From Octopus vulgaris (lineage: Eukaryota), in the NCBI GenBank assembly GCA_951406725.2, contig OX597817.1, positions 26,970,001 through 27,034,000 on the forward strand: DNA of 64,000 nt. The letters run 5' to 3'. How positions within the stretch are numbered: position 1 is the stretch's first letter; each line of letters opens with the position of its first letter. The notes below the pieces were generated by a model that was given only the letters and a program-made list of their open reading frames with translations, did no database searches and was not told the origin of the DNA. Positions 1 to 12,619 of the stretch are shown in pieces. Made by a program: the position numbers and the translations under genes.

Positions 1-59
1 AAATTTATTCCACATGGCATGACATGTTCATTACAATAGTTATTAATTATTTTATGGAT

Positions 60-670
60 TGGTTGAATCTTTAAAGCATTGGACAAAATGCTTTTGTGTT
101 TGTTTCAATACTTGACATTCTAAATTCAAATCCCTCCAAGGACGACTTTACTTTTCATGCTTTTGGGGTTGGTCAAATAAAGAACCAATCGAATACTAGA
201 GTGGATGTAATCAACTAATCAGCTCTCATCAAAATTGTTGGAATAATGCCTAAATCATGAACTTTTATCATCCCATTCTTTGGCAGTATTTTCAGAGAGT
301 TGGACAAAATGCCTTTTTGGTATTTGTCCTAAAACATTACATTCTGAGTTCAAATTCTACTGAAGTCAACATTGTTTCCAACTATTTAGTTTTAATAAAA
401 TAAAATGCCAGAGAGATAGATAAGATAGATAGTGCTGGGATAGATAAAATTAATTGTTCCCCTCATCCAAATTCCAGGCTTTGTACCCATGCAAGAAGTT
501 ATTAATTTTCCATATTTGCTTCAGCTTTTTAAGATATGTGTTCAAATACTGCTAATATCATCTTTGCCTTTCATTCCTTTTGGCTTGATAAAATATTATA
601 TTAGTCAAGCTCTAGGATTGATGGAATCAACAAAGGCCATTTCTTAATAATTACTGTTGTTGCCTAAATT
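60..670 (+). mobile_element. Three tandem, highly decayed SINE B-like copies (old subfamily)
   Basis: Recurring 'ggacaaaatgct', '(g)agttcaaat' B-box and 'tttgcctttcat(t)cctttt' core at about 60-260, 280-500 and 535-670. Confidence 0.6.
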
Positions 671-954
671 ACTATCACTATTCAAACTTTTGTGAGTGGA
701 GTTTTGGGACACAATATAAGCTCTAATCATGGCTCTGAGGTTAAACAGATAGTTTACTGTTCAATACAACCATGGAAATATGAATAAAATTTGGTAAACA
801 CAAATACTGTGGAAGATTGTCAAAAGGAGTGTTTCTATTCTTGGATGGGGACTTAATTCATCATATGTTTTAAACAATTTTATATAGAATTTGTGTGCTT
901 TTAGAAGAATCCACTCTGATGCCCGTATTCGTGTCAGGTTTCCAGGCTCTAGAT

Positions 955-1045
955 CATTGCTACTCAAAGTGGTGGTCCATGGACCGGTACTGGTCTGCAA
1001 GCCATCAGCTGCTGGTATATGCAACGTGACAAGTTTCCAGAAAAG
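955..1045 (+). mobile_element. hAT-Charlie/MER5-like DNA transposon terminus
   Basis: CATTGCTACTCAAAGTGGTGGTCCATGGACCGGT resembles Charlie-type TIR ends (CAGTGCTACTCAAAGTG-TGGTCC); no partner end seen. Confidence 0.45.
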
Positions 1046-1069
1046 AAACATTATAAAATACTTATGTAA

Positions 1070-1199
1070 TACTCTTTTTACTCTTTTACTTGTTTCAGTT
1101 ATTTGACTGTGGCCATGCTGGAGCACCACCTTTAGTCGAGCAAATCAACCCTAGGACTTATTCTTTGTAAGCATAGCACTTATTCTATTGGTCCCTTTT
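1070..1199 (-). mobile_element. SINE A, 3' tail fragment
   Basis: tactcttttacttgtttcag...ggccatgctggagcacc matches the reverse complement of the family A 3' end. Confidence 0.85.
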
Positions 1200-1487
1200 G
1201 AGTGGATTTAGTAGACAGAAGCTGAAAGAAGCCCGTTGTATATATGTATATGTATATATATATGTGTGTGTGTGTGTGTTTGTGTGCCTGTGTTCATCAC
1301 CCCAACATCACTTGACAACCGATGCTGGTGTGTTTATTTCCCCGTAACTTAGCAGTTCAGTAAAAGAGACCGATAGAATAAGTACTAGGCTTACAAAGAA
1401 TAAGTCCAGGGTTCAATTTGCTCGATTAAAGGCGGTGCTCCAGCATGGCTGCATTCAAATGACTGAAACAAGTAAAAGAGTAAAAGA
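1200..1487 (+). mobile_element. SINE A, 5'-truncated
   Basis: gagtggatttagtagac...aaagaagccc, internal (TA)n(TG)n, 3' tail aagtaaaagagtaaaaga. Confidence 0.85.
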
Positions 1488-1620
1488 AATGTAAAAATGA
1501 AGCTTAATGCCACTGACTTTATTGTCTGAAATTAATCATTAAACTGATGAATATTTTCTTCTCACAATGAATTTTAGTTGATTAAAGTTCTTGGTTCAGT
1601 ATATTAAGCACATTATACAC

Positions 1621-1640
1621 TTCTCTCTCTCTCTTTCTCT

Positions 1641-1695
<55 letters not shown>
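1621..1695. repeat. (CT)n microsatellite
   Basis: Seen directly. Confidence 0.95.
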
Positions 1696-2310
1696 CTTTG
1701 TAGCAGACCTCCCTAGATAACATCTTATTTTATTGTTTTATGATATCACACAGCTCAGAGTTCATTAAATAAAATTCTGGTTATCATATGTCTGACAGTA
1801 ATAGTAATAATTTGCTTCACTGGGGAGGTTTAATAAGACTGAAATATGTCGACGCTAGTCATTTTAGTGCCAAATATCAGACTCAATACCCACTGCATTC
1901 TATTTCCAATGAATTTATCTCAGTATGAATTTCAATACAATTTCCATTGTCGTTTCCTTTGACTTCCTTCACCAAAATGAATAATTAACTTAATGACAGT
2001 ATAATTTTTTAATCCACTACATTAAGTATTTTAGCTTCATTTTTTTAGTATCATCTGATATTTTGGTTTCGAAATGTAGAATAATGATGAGTCAGTTTTT
2101 ATTCTTGGTCATAACAAATTCCTGTCAATGATGTTTACTAATACATATAAGAAAGTTATGAATATCATTAACCTCACACAATAATATTCTTTGCACCAGT
2201 ATATTTGTTACTAAATGTGTATATGAAAAAATATTCACTATTACTATTTTTCATTTTACTGCTGTTGTTGTTGCTGTTGCTGTTATTGCTGCTGTCACTG
2301 CTGTTGTTAT

Positions 2311-2539
2311 TACTCTTTTACTTGTTTCAGTCATTTGACCGTGGCCATGCTGGAGCACAGCCTTTAGTCGAGCAAATCAACCCCAGGACTTATTCTTTGT
2401 AAGCCTAGTACTTATTCTATCAGTCTCTTTTGCTGAACTGCTATATTACTGGGATGTAAAAACACACCAGCATAGGTTGTCAAGCGATGTTGGGGGAACA
2501 AACACAGACACACACACATACACTTACACACACACACAC

Positions 2540-2583
<44 letters not shown>

Positions 2584-2770
2584 TATATATATATATTACA
2601 TATATATGACAGGCTTCTTTCAGTTTCCATCTACCAAATCCACTCACAAGGCTTTGGTCGGCCTGAGGCTATAGTAGATGACACTTGCCCAAGGTGCCAC
2701 GTAGTGGGACTGAACCCAGAACCGTGTGGCTAGTAAGGAAGCTACTTACCACACAGCCACCCCTGCGCCT
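2311..2770 (-). mobile_element. SINE A, full length (tRNA head with A/B boxes, CORE-like CCTTGGGCAAG segment, internal microsatellite)
   Basis: Reverse complement starts AGGCGCAGGGGTGGCTGTGTGGTAAG...GGGTTCAGTCCC...CCTTGGGCAAG; more than 15 homologous copies in the window. Confidence 0.9.
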
Positions 2771-3044
2771 GTTTAACATGGCCCAATTGCTCTGGAAAAA
2801 ATTCAGATTTTTAAATCTCTGTTTGTTTATTTTGTCTTCTGTAATTATATCTAGTCTTCTTGCCTCAATAGTATGGTCTTTGTAGTTTTCAACTTATCTC
2901 ACAGCCTTTGGTTTGTATTTATATCATTTTTCAGTTTTGAAGCCACGCACTTGGCTGACATTCAAATGCACACTTTTGCCTATTATTATTACTACAGTTG
3001 CTGTTGTTGTTATTATTATTATTGTTATTATTATTGTTATTATC

Positions 3045-3485
3045 ATTTTTTACTTTTATTCAGCATGTTTGTTACAGCCACTTGCGAAGACACACCCAGT
3101 GTCCTGGGGCAAGTGAAGGATAAGAGATGTTACAGTATTACTGAAAGCTTGAGGAGGGGAAGTAGTGAAATATCTTCATGGAATACAGCACAGACATTTA
3201 AATGGATAGGGTTTTTCTAAGGATGTGGGCATTTCTTGTCAGTACAATCTTTTTGATTTCTCTGAGACATGGTTCTCCTGGGATGTTATCTAGATGTTTC
3301 TGATATACGTATTTTTTATTATCATACCTAGGGTACCTACAATAACAGGAACAGTTCTCGATTTAAGATGCCACATCTTTTGTATTTAAATTTGCAGGTC
3401 CTTGTATTCACTTAGTTTGTCAAATTCCTTGACAGATATATTTTTATCAGTGGGAACATTTGCATCTATTAATATAAGGAACAGT
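3045..3485 (-). mobile_element. R4/Dong-like RLE non-LTR retrotransposon 3' fragment
   Basis: Minus translation LIDANVPTDKNISVKEFDKLSEYKDLQI*IQKMWHLKSRTVPVIVGTLGMI...EIKKIVLTRNAHILR fits the restriction-like endonuclease C-terminus; its 3' end abuts (TAA)n at 2981-3045. Confidence 0.8.
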
Positions 3486-3504
3486 AATATATATTAATTT
3501 AAAT

Positions 3505-3548
3505 TCATCATCATCATCATCATCATCACCACCACCACCACCACCACC

Positions 3549-3622
<74 letters not shown>

Positions 3623-3630
3623 CATCATCC

Positions 3631-3697
<67 letters not shown>

Positions 3698-3715
3698 CAT
3701 CATCATCGTCATCAT
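3505..3715. repeat. (CAT)n/(CAC)n compound microsatellite
   Basis: Seen directly. Confidence 0.95.
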
Positions 3716-4766
3716 TTACTTCTCTTAAGTGGCAGCAGAGAGTTTTAAATCTCTGTATTCCATTAATCTACAATTACGTCTTCTTGCTTCTGTTCTGAGG
3801 GTTTATAATAGGCTATGGGCTACATTGCCCATTGCAAATATTTTTTAGAAGAAAAAATTATGCATAGAATATATTTTTATAATGCTGCAGTCATGGATTT
3901 CGCTAGAATATTAATGATCAGCAGAAAATGGTTGCTTCATCTTTTGCATGACATGAGAGATACCTTTAGGAAAAAGGAATATTATTTATATATACGTTTT
4001 AAGGTAACATTGACATGTTTACATTTTGGTTTCTACTTTTAGTCTTCATATCCTTAGTTCTCAACTGATCATTATAAACATAGAACTTGTTGAAATATCA
4101 GAAAAATATTCCTCACAGAAAAATGGATAAATTATATAAACATGCCACACAGTCCATGGCTCTAAATAAGAAGAAAATCAGGATGTTATTGGGAAAATAA
4201 ATTTAATCATCTAGAAGACTAAATTTTTTTTAAATATCAGGAGTTTTTTTTTCCAGAAAGGAGTAATAAAGAATTTTTTTTTCTGTTTTTAATAGTTCAG
4301 TTATTCTACAAAAAATGATCTCTTAATTGGAAGAGAACCATAAATGACTTTAAATTAATATTTTGGGTTTTATGTCATCAGTGAAGTTTTGAAACCTCTT
4401 AGAAATAATTATTGTATTGTGGCACATACTAATTTCCAAATATAGAATAAGCAATGTAATAGCAGGAGTAAGGAGAGTTGATTTAGATCATTATGTAAAG
4501 GAAACATAAATGAGCATTAATCTAATGTATAGATATATTTCTTCATACAGGAAATGCTTCCTTGAAAAAATTATTCTTTTTGATCATCAACCTATAATTA
4601 GTTGGTAGTTTCATCAAATCTCTTAAATTTAATGTTCTTAGTGCTTTACATACGGAATATGCTGGAAAATCGACAATGTATATTAAATTAAAATAGTTTC
4701 TAACTGTGTTAAGTAGTGTACAATTGAAGACAATTTCTCCTTAAGCCAACCCACTGACCTGGTCTA

Positions 4767-4935
4767 TTTCTAAATATCTCCTAGAGATATGTACGGTGGT
4801 GGGGCGATAGAATGGTTGTATACTGTCAATTTAATGTGACAGTAGGGGATTACACCACCACTGTTTAGCCCTAGGAAGCATCAACACTTCCTGCTTCCTA
4901 GGGCTAAACAGCGGTGGTGTAATCCCCTACTGTCA
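4767..4935. mobile_element. Fold-back element (44-bp stem 4837-4880/4892-4935), probable Penelope-like inverted pLTR
   Basis: Near-perfect inverted repeat; a second copy of the family lies at 57207-57422. Confidence 0.6.
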
Positions 4936-5039
4936 AATAGTTTGGCTTAAATAAAAGTAAAATGATATGTATTCAAAAGGAAGATATTAAATAACCATCA
5001 AAATTTACATCTAATTTCCTCCTTCATTGAGCATAGAAT

Positions 5040-5400
5040 CATAAGAGAACTCCTCTCACAATGATTGCCTTCCTGTCATAAACCAGGCCAGGCCCATACC
5101 TAGCAGATCCTCTGCCACAATTCTCAACCAGGAATTGACAGATCTGTTTGACCTCCTATGCTCCCTCTCTGATTTCCATTCAAGATGAGTCCTTAATGAT
5201 CTCTTCATGGCAAATGATAGAGAAACTTCTGTCATCTGAGAGTGATGGTATCTTGTAGGTTACATAACCTGGTTGCTTCTATGACTTCATTCATAATGTA
5301 GTCATGCCAAGAAATACTTAGTATTGTCCTATGGAACCAGCTTTGGAACACATCTGCTGTTCTATTGATTCTGTCAGTCTTAATGACCAAGTCTAAATGA
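5040..5400 (-). mobile_element. Decayed RTE-type LINE ORF C-terminal fragment
   Basis: Minus translation DVFQSWFHRTILSISWHDYIMNEV resembles RTE 'F...CLRxILxIxWxDxITNEEV'. Confidence 0.6.
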
Positions 5401-6830
5401 CATTCAGTTTTTAATAGCTAAATATGTTTAGATTCCTTTAAACAAGTGTACTCTGTTATCATGCACCAAATGCCTTTATTTACCAATTATTTTTAAAATT
5501 CTCCAGAAAATACTTCAAGACTTTTAAGAAATTATTTAAGATCCTTTTTTGAAATATCTCGCGTTTGTATAATAATGCGTGCCACTTATTTTCTCTATTC
5601 TGTCTTGATTTGTATCATTGTTAAAGAAAGCTAATAAAATGTTAATCTGATATGTAAATAAAATTATTTGTGCATGGAATATTTCCATGAACATGTAGTT
5701 CTAACATTCCATCACATGAAAGCATTATCATTTTATATCTTACACTGAAATTAAAAGTCAGTAAACATTAAAGTAAACTATTCATCAGAACACCGTTCTA
5801 TCAGTTATGATATTTGTAAATATCAACCAATGTTCAATACTATGGATTAAGATAACTTTTTCGATCTGAATTGATGGATGAGGATACTGAACCTATTTGA
5901 CAGAATCTCTAATCTCTTTTGGGGGGATTATTTAAAGACAAAGAGAATAAACCAAATATACTTTTGACAATAGAAAGTTTTGTGTTTTACTTTTTATTTG
6001 ATATATTCTCTTGTGACATATATGAACACAATAGTTATTTTCAATGAAAACCAAATAGTTCAGCTTATTGTAAATTTAGAAATTGCTGCAAATTGCTCTC
6101 AAAACCAGAAATATTTAAAAGTCATGACCCAAGAATTCCTCTTCATTTAATTAGATTGTTAGAAAGTCAAGGGTTGACACAGTTCTAAAATGGACATTAG
6201 CATTCTATTTTCTTATGTTTCTAGTCTGTTTCTTGGCTAATTCTCTTATTGTACTAGCTAATCAGGTTTTCAATAATATTTATTGCTGTCACTGGCTTGT
6301 GATTAAAATCCGCAGCAAAGTTATAAATGACAGTTAATTACTATTTCTTTAAAGATATATTGAAAATCTAATATTATGTGCAACAACTCTCTGAAAATTG
6401 TGGAAGCTAAGCAATAATTTTTTCACCTCTTTTTAAATTTTTTTTCCTCAAAGAAGTAGCAAAACATGTCAAATAATTTAATTTAAACTCACACAAATGC
6501 ATTCTCAAACAATGATGCATACACACACATAATACACATTCATCCCTACATATTTACGCACACATACACACATATGTATATATTTATAGCTTAGTTCTCA
6601 TTTAGTCAGAAGAAAGGAGGCTGTATCTATGACCTTCACAAGACCTCTGAGACTGAAGAATTCGATGCAGTTGATGACGACTACAATAAAATAAAGAGAC
6701 AGGAATGGAAACTTCGAGAGTCTTGATGCAGGATCATTGCTGCAGATGGAGAATAGAGGAAACACAGAATGGGTAAAAAGAAAAGTCAGGGGTTTGGAGA
6801 GGTTGGCTTTGATGGAGGCATTATTTAACT

Positions 6831-7091
6831 CTCTTTACTCTTTTACTCTTTTACTTGTTTCAGTCATTTGACTGCGGCCATGCTGGAGCACCGCCTTTAG
6901 TCGAGCAAATCGACTCCGGGACTTATTCTTTGTAAGCCCAGTACTTATTCTATCGGTCTCTTTTGCTGAACCGCTAAGTGACGGGGACATAAACACACCA
7001 GCATCGGTTGTCAAGCAATGCTAGGGGGACAAACACACGCACACACAAACACACATATATACATATATATATACATATATACGACAGGCTT
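6831..7091 (-). mobile_element. SINE A, 5'-truncated, flanked by a 99-bp direct repeat
   Basis: Family A sequence; 6732-6830 is identical to 7099-7197. Confidence 0.9.
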
Positions 7092-8117
7092 CATGCATGA
7101 TCATTGCTGCAGATGGAGAATAGAGGAAACACAGAATGGGTAAAAAGAAAAGTCAGGGGTTTGGAGAGGTTGGCTTTGATGGAGGCATTATTTAACTAGT
7201 TAATTGTGAGAAACAGAAGTTCTTGTAGTTGCAACCTAAAATGCAAAAGGAGTACAATAAGTAGTTAGTCTAAGTATGGACTCTGCCCCTTTCTATCTCC
7301 CTATAATCCATTTATTGCCAAATTTCAGTTGAAATACATTGCCTTTATTGCAAATCATTAGGAAAATATGAATTTAGTAAAGTAATTTTGTTATTATTAA
7401 GGCAATATTTGAAACTTTAACATGAAATTTTTATGGAATGTTTTAATATAAATTACTTCAAAAGAGGAAGTTTGTATTATAGGACCAATTTCTGTGAGTT
7501 TAAATTACAATTCTAGTGTTTATTGTACCTGTACTTCTGCCACGCACAAAGACTATTTTCCTTGTTAACCTTTCTCTGATATTGTTGCACCTCTTATGTG
7601 TCCATAGCTTGCGATATATTTCTGCCTGCGATATGTGTGTGTATGTGAGTGTGTGTGATGTATGCACGTGCATGTGTGCATGTGTTTATGTGTGTGTGTG
7701 TGTGTGTGTATGTTGATGGGTTTTCATAGAGTTTTGCCCCACCTTTTCCTGGTTACAAGGCATAGATTGTCAGAGACTGTAATAGAAGTAGTAGACCAAA
7801 ATAGAATGCAGTGAGTGAGAATATGAAGTCACATGGTAACAATGTAAACTCTAGGTATGTATGTATACATGTCAATGTGTATGAATATTTCACATTTGTG
7901 AGTGTTATCAACTTACCTGTTTAATATCTACACTGAGTATATATTTAGAGAGTCAGATAACATCAAACGTCTCACAGACAATAGCATGGTCACAAACGAT
8001 ATAAGATATGCTATGATAAAGCAACAGCATTATTGGAAAACAACAAAGAGAAATTACAAGAAATTGTTGGAAAAGAGCAAAGTGACAAGAAAGGCCAAAA
8101 TATGGAACAAGTACAAT

Positions 8118-8485
8118 CATCACCATTGTCATCATCGTTTAACATCCGCTTTCCATGCTAGCTTGGGTTGGACGATTTGACTGAGGGCTGGCAAACCACA
8201 TGGCTGCACCAGGCTCCAATCTTGATCTGGCAGAGTTTCTACGGCTGGATACCCTTTTTAATGCCAACCACTCCAAGTGTGTAATGGGTGCTTTTATGTG
8301 CCACCAACACAGGGGCTAGTCAGGTGGTGCTGGAAACGACCTCACTAGAATGTTTTTACACATGCCACCGGCACGAGTGCCAGTAAGGCGACGCTAGTAA
8401 TGGTCACACTTGACTGGTGCCTTTTACATGCCACCAGCACGGAAGCCAGTTAGCCGCTCTGGCAACAATCACATTCAGATGGTGG
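8118..8485 (-). mobile_element. Family C (RTE LINE 3' UTR/end)
   Basis: catcatcgtttaac...tccatgctagc..gggttggac...ggctggat; internal ~70-bp 'gtgccacc(g)gcac' repeats. Confidence 0.75.
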
Positions 8486-8599
8486 CAACAATCACACTGT
8501 TTATGAATAAGACAATGGTTATGAGTAAGGAAGCTTATATAAAATTTGATACACAGAAGACTGCACAGATAAAAGTACTTGAAAGCTTGTAGAATTAAA

Positions 8600-9130
8600 A
8601 AAATTGTGATAAATAATTAATCAAAAAGATCACCGAGTAAAAAGTTACTCAGAGAATAGATAAGTCTAAAACAACATCTATAAGAATTACAAAGATCTTC
8701 AACTCAAATGACATAACATTGCACCGAAAATTGAAATTAGTAAACTGTTATATCATCCCGGTTGCTCTTTGTCATGCAAAAACTTGGATAATATACGAAT
8801 AAATGGAGAAGAAAGAAGCCTTTGAGATAAGAATATTTTATAGAGGGGGCCAAATAACTTGAAAAAACAGAGTAACTAACTCTGTAGTGATAGAAATGCT
8901 GAAAATCCCAAGACACCTTTTAAGAAATAAAAGTCCACAAAGCTACCGTATTCTGGACATACAATGAGTCGTTGCACAAGCCATCCTGCCAGGAGCTGTG
9001 GAGGGGAAAAGGACAAGAGTGTGTCAAAAGAGTTTGTGGACAGATGATATTAAAAAATTAACTGGAAACAGTAATGTGACTGATTGTATGCATGTAGCAC
9101 AACACTGACCACACTGGAGAGTCTTGGCCA
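8600..9130 (+). mobile_element. Decayed RTE (BovB-like) LINE C-terminal fragment
   Basis: Translations KLVNCYIIPVALCHAKTW, EAFE, GHTM and AILPGAVEGKRTRVCQKSLWTDDIKKLTG. Confidence 0.75.
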
Positions 9131-9224
9131 ACCAAACCTTGGGCTCAAGGAGGGCAGCTCAATGATGATGCATGTCTTCTTTCTTTCTTTATGCCTTTAA
9201 CCCTCCAGCACGGAGGGTTGCCTT

Positions 9225-9530
9225 TTGTACTTATACTCTGCCATGAATGTCCCCCTTTCTCTAGTTCCTTTTGTGTTGATTTCCACCACAAGTCCTTAGG
9301 CCTATCTCTCCTCCTATATCCATCCTGTTTCCACTGTAAAGCACTTTTCGCTACATTTGGTGTGTCCTTTCTAATTGTGCTACCAATCCACCTCCACTTT
9401 TTCTTAAATATTTGCTCCCTAATCGAAACTTCATTTGTTCTTTGCCATCTAATTTTAAGTATGCTACGCAAGCATCTGTCGATGAATGATTGTATTTGCT
9501 TATTTGACTTAACTGTTGATAACTGATGAT
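9225..9530 (-). mobile_element. RTE-type LINE C-terminal fragment
   Basis: IQSFIDRCLRSILKIRW...KKKWRWIG..IRK..NVAKSALQW..DGYRRRDRPK (ORF 9145-9471). Confidence 0.8.
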
Positions 9531-10112
9531 GTATGTATGTAACTTTATAGCGAAAACTATTTCTGAAAACCCTTGTGCTGTTATAATCACCTTTGTTTCA
9601 CTTTAACTGTGCCTATTGTTAATATAATTGCTTTTTCTTAAAACCATATAATACTATTAACAAATAATTTATTTCATATTTGATGCAAATAGAAAATAAG
9701 ACAGAAATGAACGTAACAACACAAGAGCATAATCATGGCTCAACTACAATGTAATTCAATTTCTAGACATCATCTCAGACAGATTACATCACTAACCAAA
9801 CAAGTTCAAGTCTGGTGTTTCTTATTTTGTATATTCACACTGGTTGATTGGTCAATGCGGTAAGAAGATTTTCTAATTCCTCTCTCTCACACACACACAT
9901 GCCGTAATGTAGACATGGGCAAGCCTGATCTTTGCTTCAGTCTATAAAACCAGATACAGCTACCAAGGATGGAATTACTCTCAGCTGGTACACTAAGTGG
10001 GCGAGATAATTGAGTGAGTGGTGGATTACAGTAGAGTATCGTCATAATACTGTTCATGTCAATCTAAATAACTAATTCCATCTGTGTGCTAGACTCAGGC
10101 AGACAGATAAAC

Positions 10113-10117
10113 TGAGA

Positions 10118-10183
<66 letters not shown>

Positions 10184-10192
10184 GAGAGAGAG
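10113..10192. repeat. (GA)n microsatellite
   Basis: Seen directly. Confidence 0.95.
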
Positions 10193-10697
10193 ACTGAATG
10201 CATGTATGTGAGAGTGTATCTATTAGGAGAAAATTTACCTAACACTACGCATCTGTTTACTAAGAAAATAGGAAGCAATTCCACTCTTAAGTTAATTAAT
10301 TAGCATAAAAGAATACCTCTACATTAAGAGTTATGTAATATGCATTATTCTAGAAAAGTAACAAGCTTCCAAAAAGTGTTAAAACAAAATCTGATATGAA
10401 TGGCAGTAGAATATGGGGGATGCGGATAAGTGAGACTGATGACTGAATAATCATAACAGTCATTGTGTTATCTTGTATCAGTTTACATAACTCTGCTTGT
10501 TTTGTTTTAGTCTGTTTGACTGACAAACAGTTTTGATTCTTATGAATCTTAAGAGATCAGCTACAGAGAACAGAGCAAACCTTTCAATGTATTAAGAAAA
10601 TTTACTGTTCCCTCACACAAAAACACTTCACTGTAAAATTAAGCAAACCTCATTTTTATAACAGAAAAACATGTGCTACAATTACACCAATCCACAA

Positions 10698-10842
10698 AGC
10701 TTCTTCAACAATGGAATCCACGAACTGCATCACCAATAAAAGAAGTGTATGGAATGCAAGGGAGATTGTGTTGAAAAATAAACCTCATTTGGTTACATTC
10801 CATGAGAGTATCTTGATCAGCCTATGAACTTTTCACCAGACC
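10698..10842 (+). mobile_element. mariner transposase C-terminus plus probable 3' TIR
   Basis: FFNNGIHELHHQ*KKCMECKGDCVEK* matches mariner 'FY..GI..L..RW.KC....GDYVEK'. Confidence 0.7.
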
Positions 10843-11090
10843 ATCATCATCGTTTAACGTCCGTTCTCCATGCTAGCATGTGTTTGACGGTTCGACCAGG
10901 GATCTGGGAAGCCAGAAGGCTGCACCAGGCTCCAGTCTTATCTGGCAATGTTTCTACAGCTGGATGCCGTTCCTAATGCCAACCACTCCATGAGTGTAGT
11001 GGATGCTTTTTACGTGCCACCTGCACAGGTGCCAGGCGAGGCCGGCAACGGCCACGGTCGGATTGGTGTATTTTACGTGCCACCGGCACA
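10843..11090 (-). mobile_element. Family C (RTE 3' end)
   Basis: catcatcatcgtttaacgtccg...ggctgcaccaggctcc...cctaatgccaaccactcc. Confidence 0.8.
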
Positions 11091-11094
11091 AAGC

Positions 11095-11840
11095 ATTCTT
11101 TTATAGCCAGAGGCTCTTCCAGTCACTAACTCTAATGTCCTGTCAAATAAAAGAATTTTCTTTGGAACTAGCTTTGGAAGTGCTGAGCTACTTAAAAATT
11201 TTTTGATGAAATTTGAACAAATGGCTTGCTGTCCTCTTTCTTGGGTTGCTCTAAGTTGTTCTATAGGCATTTGTCTTGCCTGTTTTGTACTATTTTCTAA
11301 ACAGCGGTTGAGGGTTTTGAATTTATTTTTTGAGTAGAAATCTCTTGGAGCAAGCTGGCAGAAATGTTAGCACGCCGGGCGAAATGCTTAGTAGTATTTC
11401 ATCTGCCACTATGTTCTGAGTTTAAATTCCGCCGAGGTCGGCTTTGCCTTTCATCCTTTCGGGGTCGATTAAAATAAGTACCAGTTATGCACTGGGGTCG
11501 ATATAATCGATTTAATCCATTTGTCTGTCCTTGTTAGTCCCCTCTGTGCATAGCCCCTTGTGGGCTGTAAAGAAATAAGAAATCCCTTGAGTTACATGAG
11601 TCATTTGTCTCTGGTATCTACATCATCAATGACAGCACAAATTTTCCTGTCTAGACAGTATGATATGTAATGTTTTGTAAGAGCCAGACAGCATGATTTT
11701 AAGTTCAGCTGTTGATGTCTATCTGTCTTTATGACGGATATTCATTCTGATATTGATACTATTTTTTAATTACAATTATAATGAAGAATGGCAATTTTGC
11801 AAAATTCATCTTCTTTATGGATTTCAAAGAAATTTGAAAA
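11095..11840 (-). mobile_element. Penelope-like element RT thumb/linker fragment (interrupted by SINE B)
   Basis: Minus translation KTDRHQQLNLKSC...TKHYISYCLDRKICAVIDDVDTRDK and LENSTKQARQMPIEQLRAT match PLE 'KPTD..QYL.F.SCHP.H.K..IPY.LARRIC.IV'. Confidence 0.65.
11348..11577 (+). mobile_element. SINE B (tRNA-like head, Meta-like core GCCTTTCATCCTTTCGGGGTCGAT)
   Basis: Family B consensus; TSD agaaatc(t/c)cttg at 11336-11347 and 11578-11589. Confidence 0.9.
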
Positions 11841-11846
11841 CAGTTA

Positions 11847-12467
11847 TCTCTCCTTTACTTGTTTCAGTCATTTGATTGTGGCCATGCTGGAGCACCACCT
11901 TTAGTCGAGCAAATCGACCCCAGTACTTATTCTTTGTAAGCCTAATACTTATTCTATCGGTCTCTTTTGCCGAACCGCTAAGTTACGGGGATGTAAAGAC
12001 ACCAGCATCAGTTGTCAAGTGATGTTGGGGGGACAAACACAGACACACAAACATATACACACACATACATATATATACATATATACATATATATTACGTG
12101 CGGGTGGCACGTAAAAAGCACCCACTACACTCACGGAGTGGTTGGCGTTAGGAAGGGCATCCAGCCGTAGAAACACTGCCAGATCAGACTGGGCCTGATG
12201 CAGCCTTCTGGCTTTACAGACTCCAGTTGAACTGTCCAACCCATGCTAGCATGGAAAACGGACGCTAAATGATGATGATGATGATGATGATGATGATATA
12301 TGTGACAGGTTTCTTTCAGTGTCCGTCTACCAAATCCACTCACAAGGCTTTGGTTGACCCGAGGCTATAGTAGAAGACACTTGCCCAAGGTGCCATGCAG
12401 TGGGACTGAACCCGGAACAATGTGGTTCATAAGCAAGCTACTTATCACACAGCCACTCCTATGCCTA
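11847..12467 (-). mobile_element. SINE A, full length, with nested family C insertion
   Basis: Family A halves flank 12097-12297. Confidence 0.9.
12097..12297 (+). mobile_element. Family C (RTE 3' end) nested in the SINE A microsatellite
   Basis: gtggcacgtaaaaagcaccc...ggaagggcatccagcc...ggacgctaaatgatgatgat. Confidence 0.85.
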
Positions 12468-12619
12468 GATTTTTTTTTTTCAAGTGCTCTCTGTAAGTCT
12501 CCTAAATTCACGAGGAGATGATCAATATGAAGTTACCATTTCTCAATATAATGGTAATTACAAAAAAATCTTTGCTGCATTACAATGGATGTAGATCTTA
12601 TAAAGATGCATGTCCTTAC

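Noticed and set aside
761-1129. 122-aa minus-strand ORF
   Set aside because: Starts inside SINE A and crosses a hAT-like terminus; no protein homology recognised
2477-2885. Recurrent peptides such as MPKVPRSGTEPRT, STKSTHKALVG and LFYLFQSFDCGHAGAPP
   Set aside because: Antisense translations of SINE A, not a gene family
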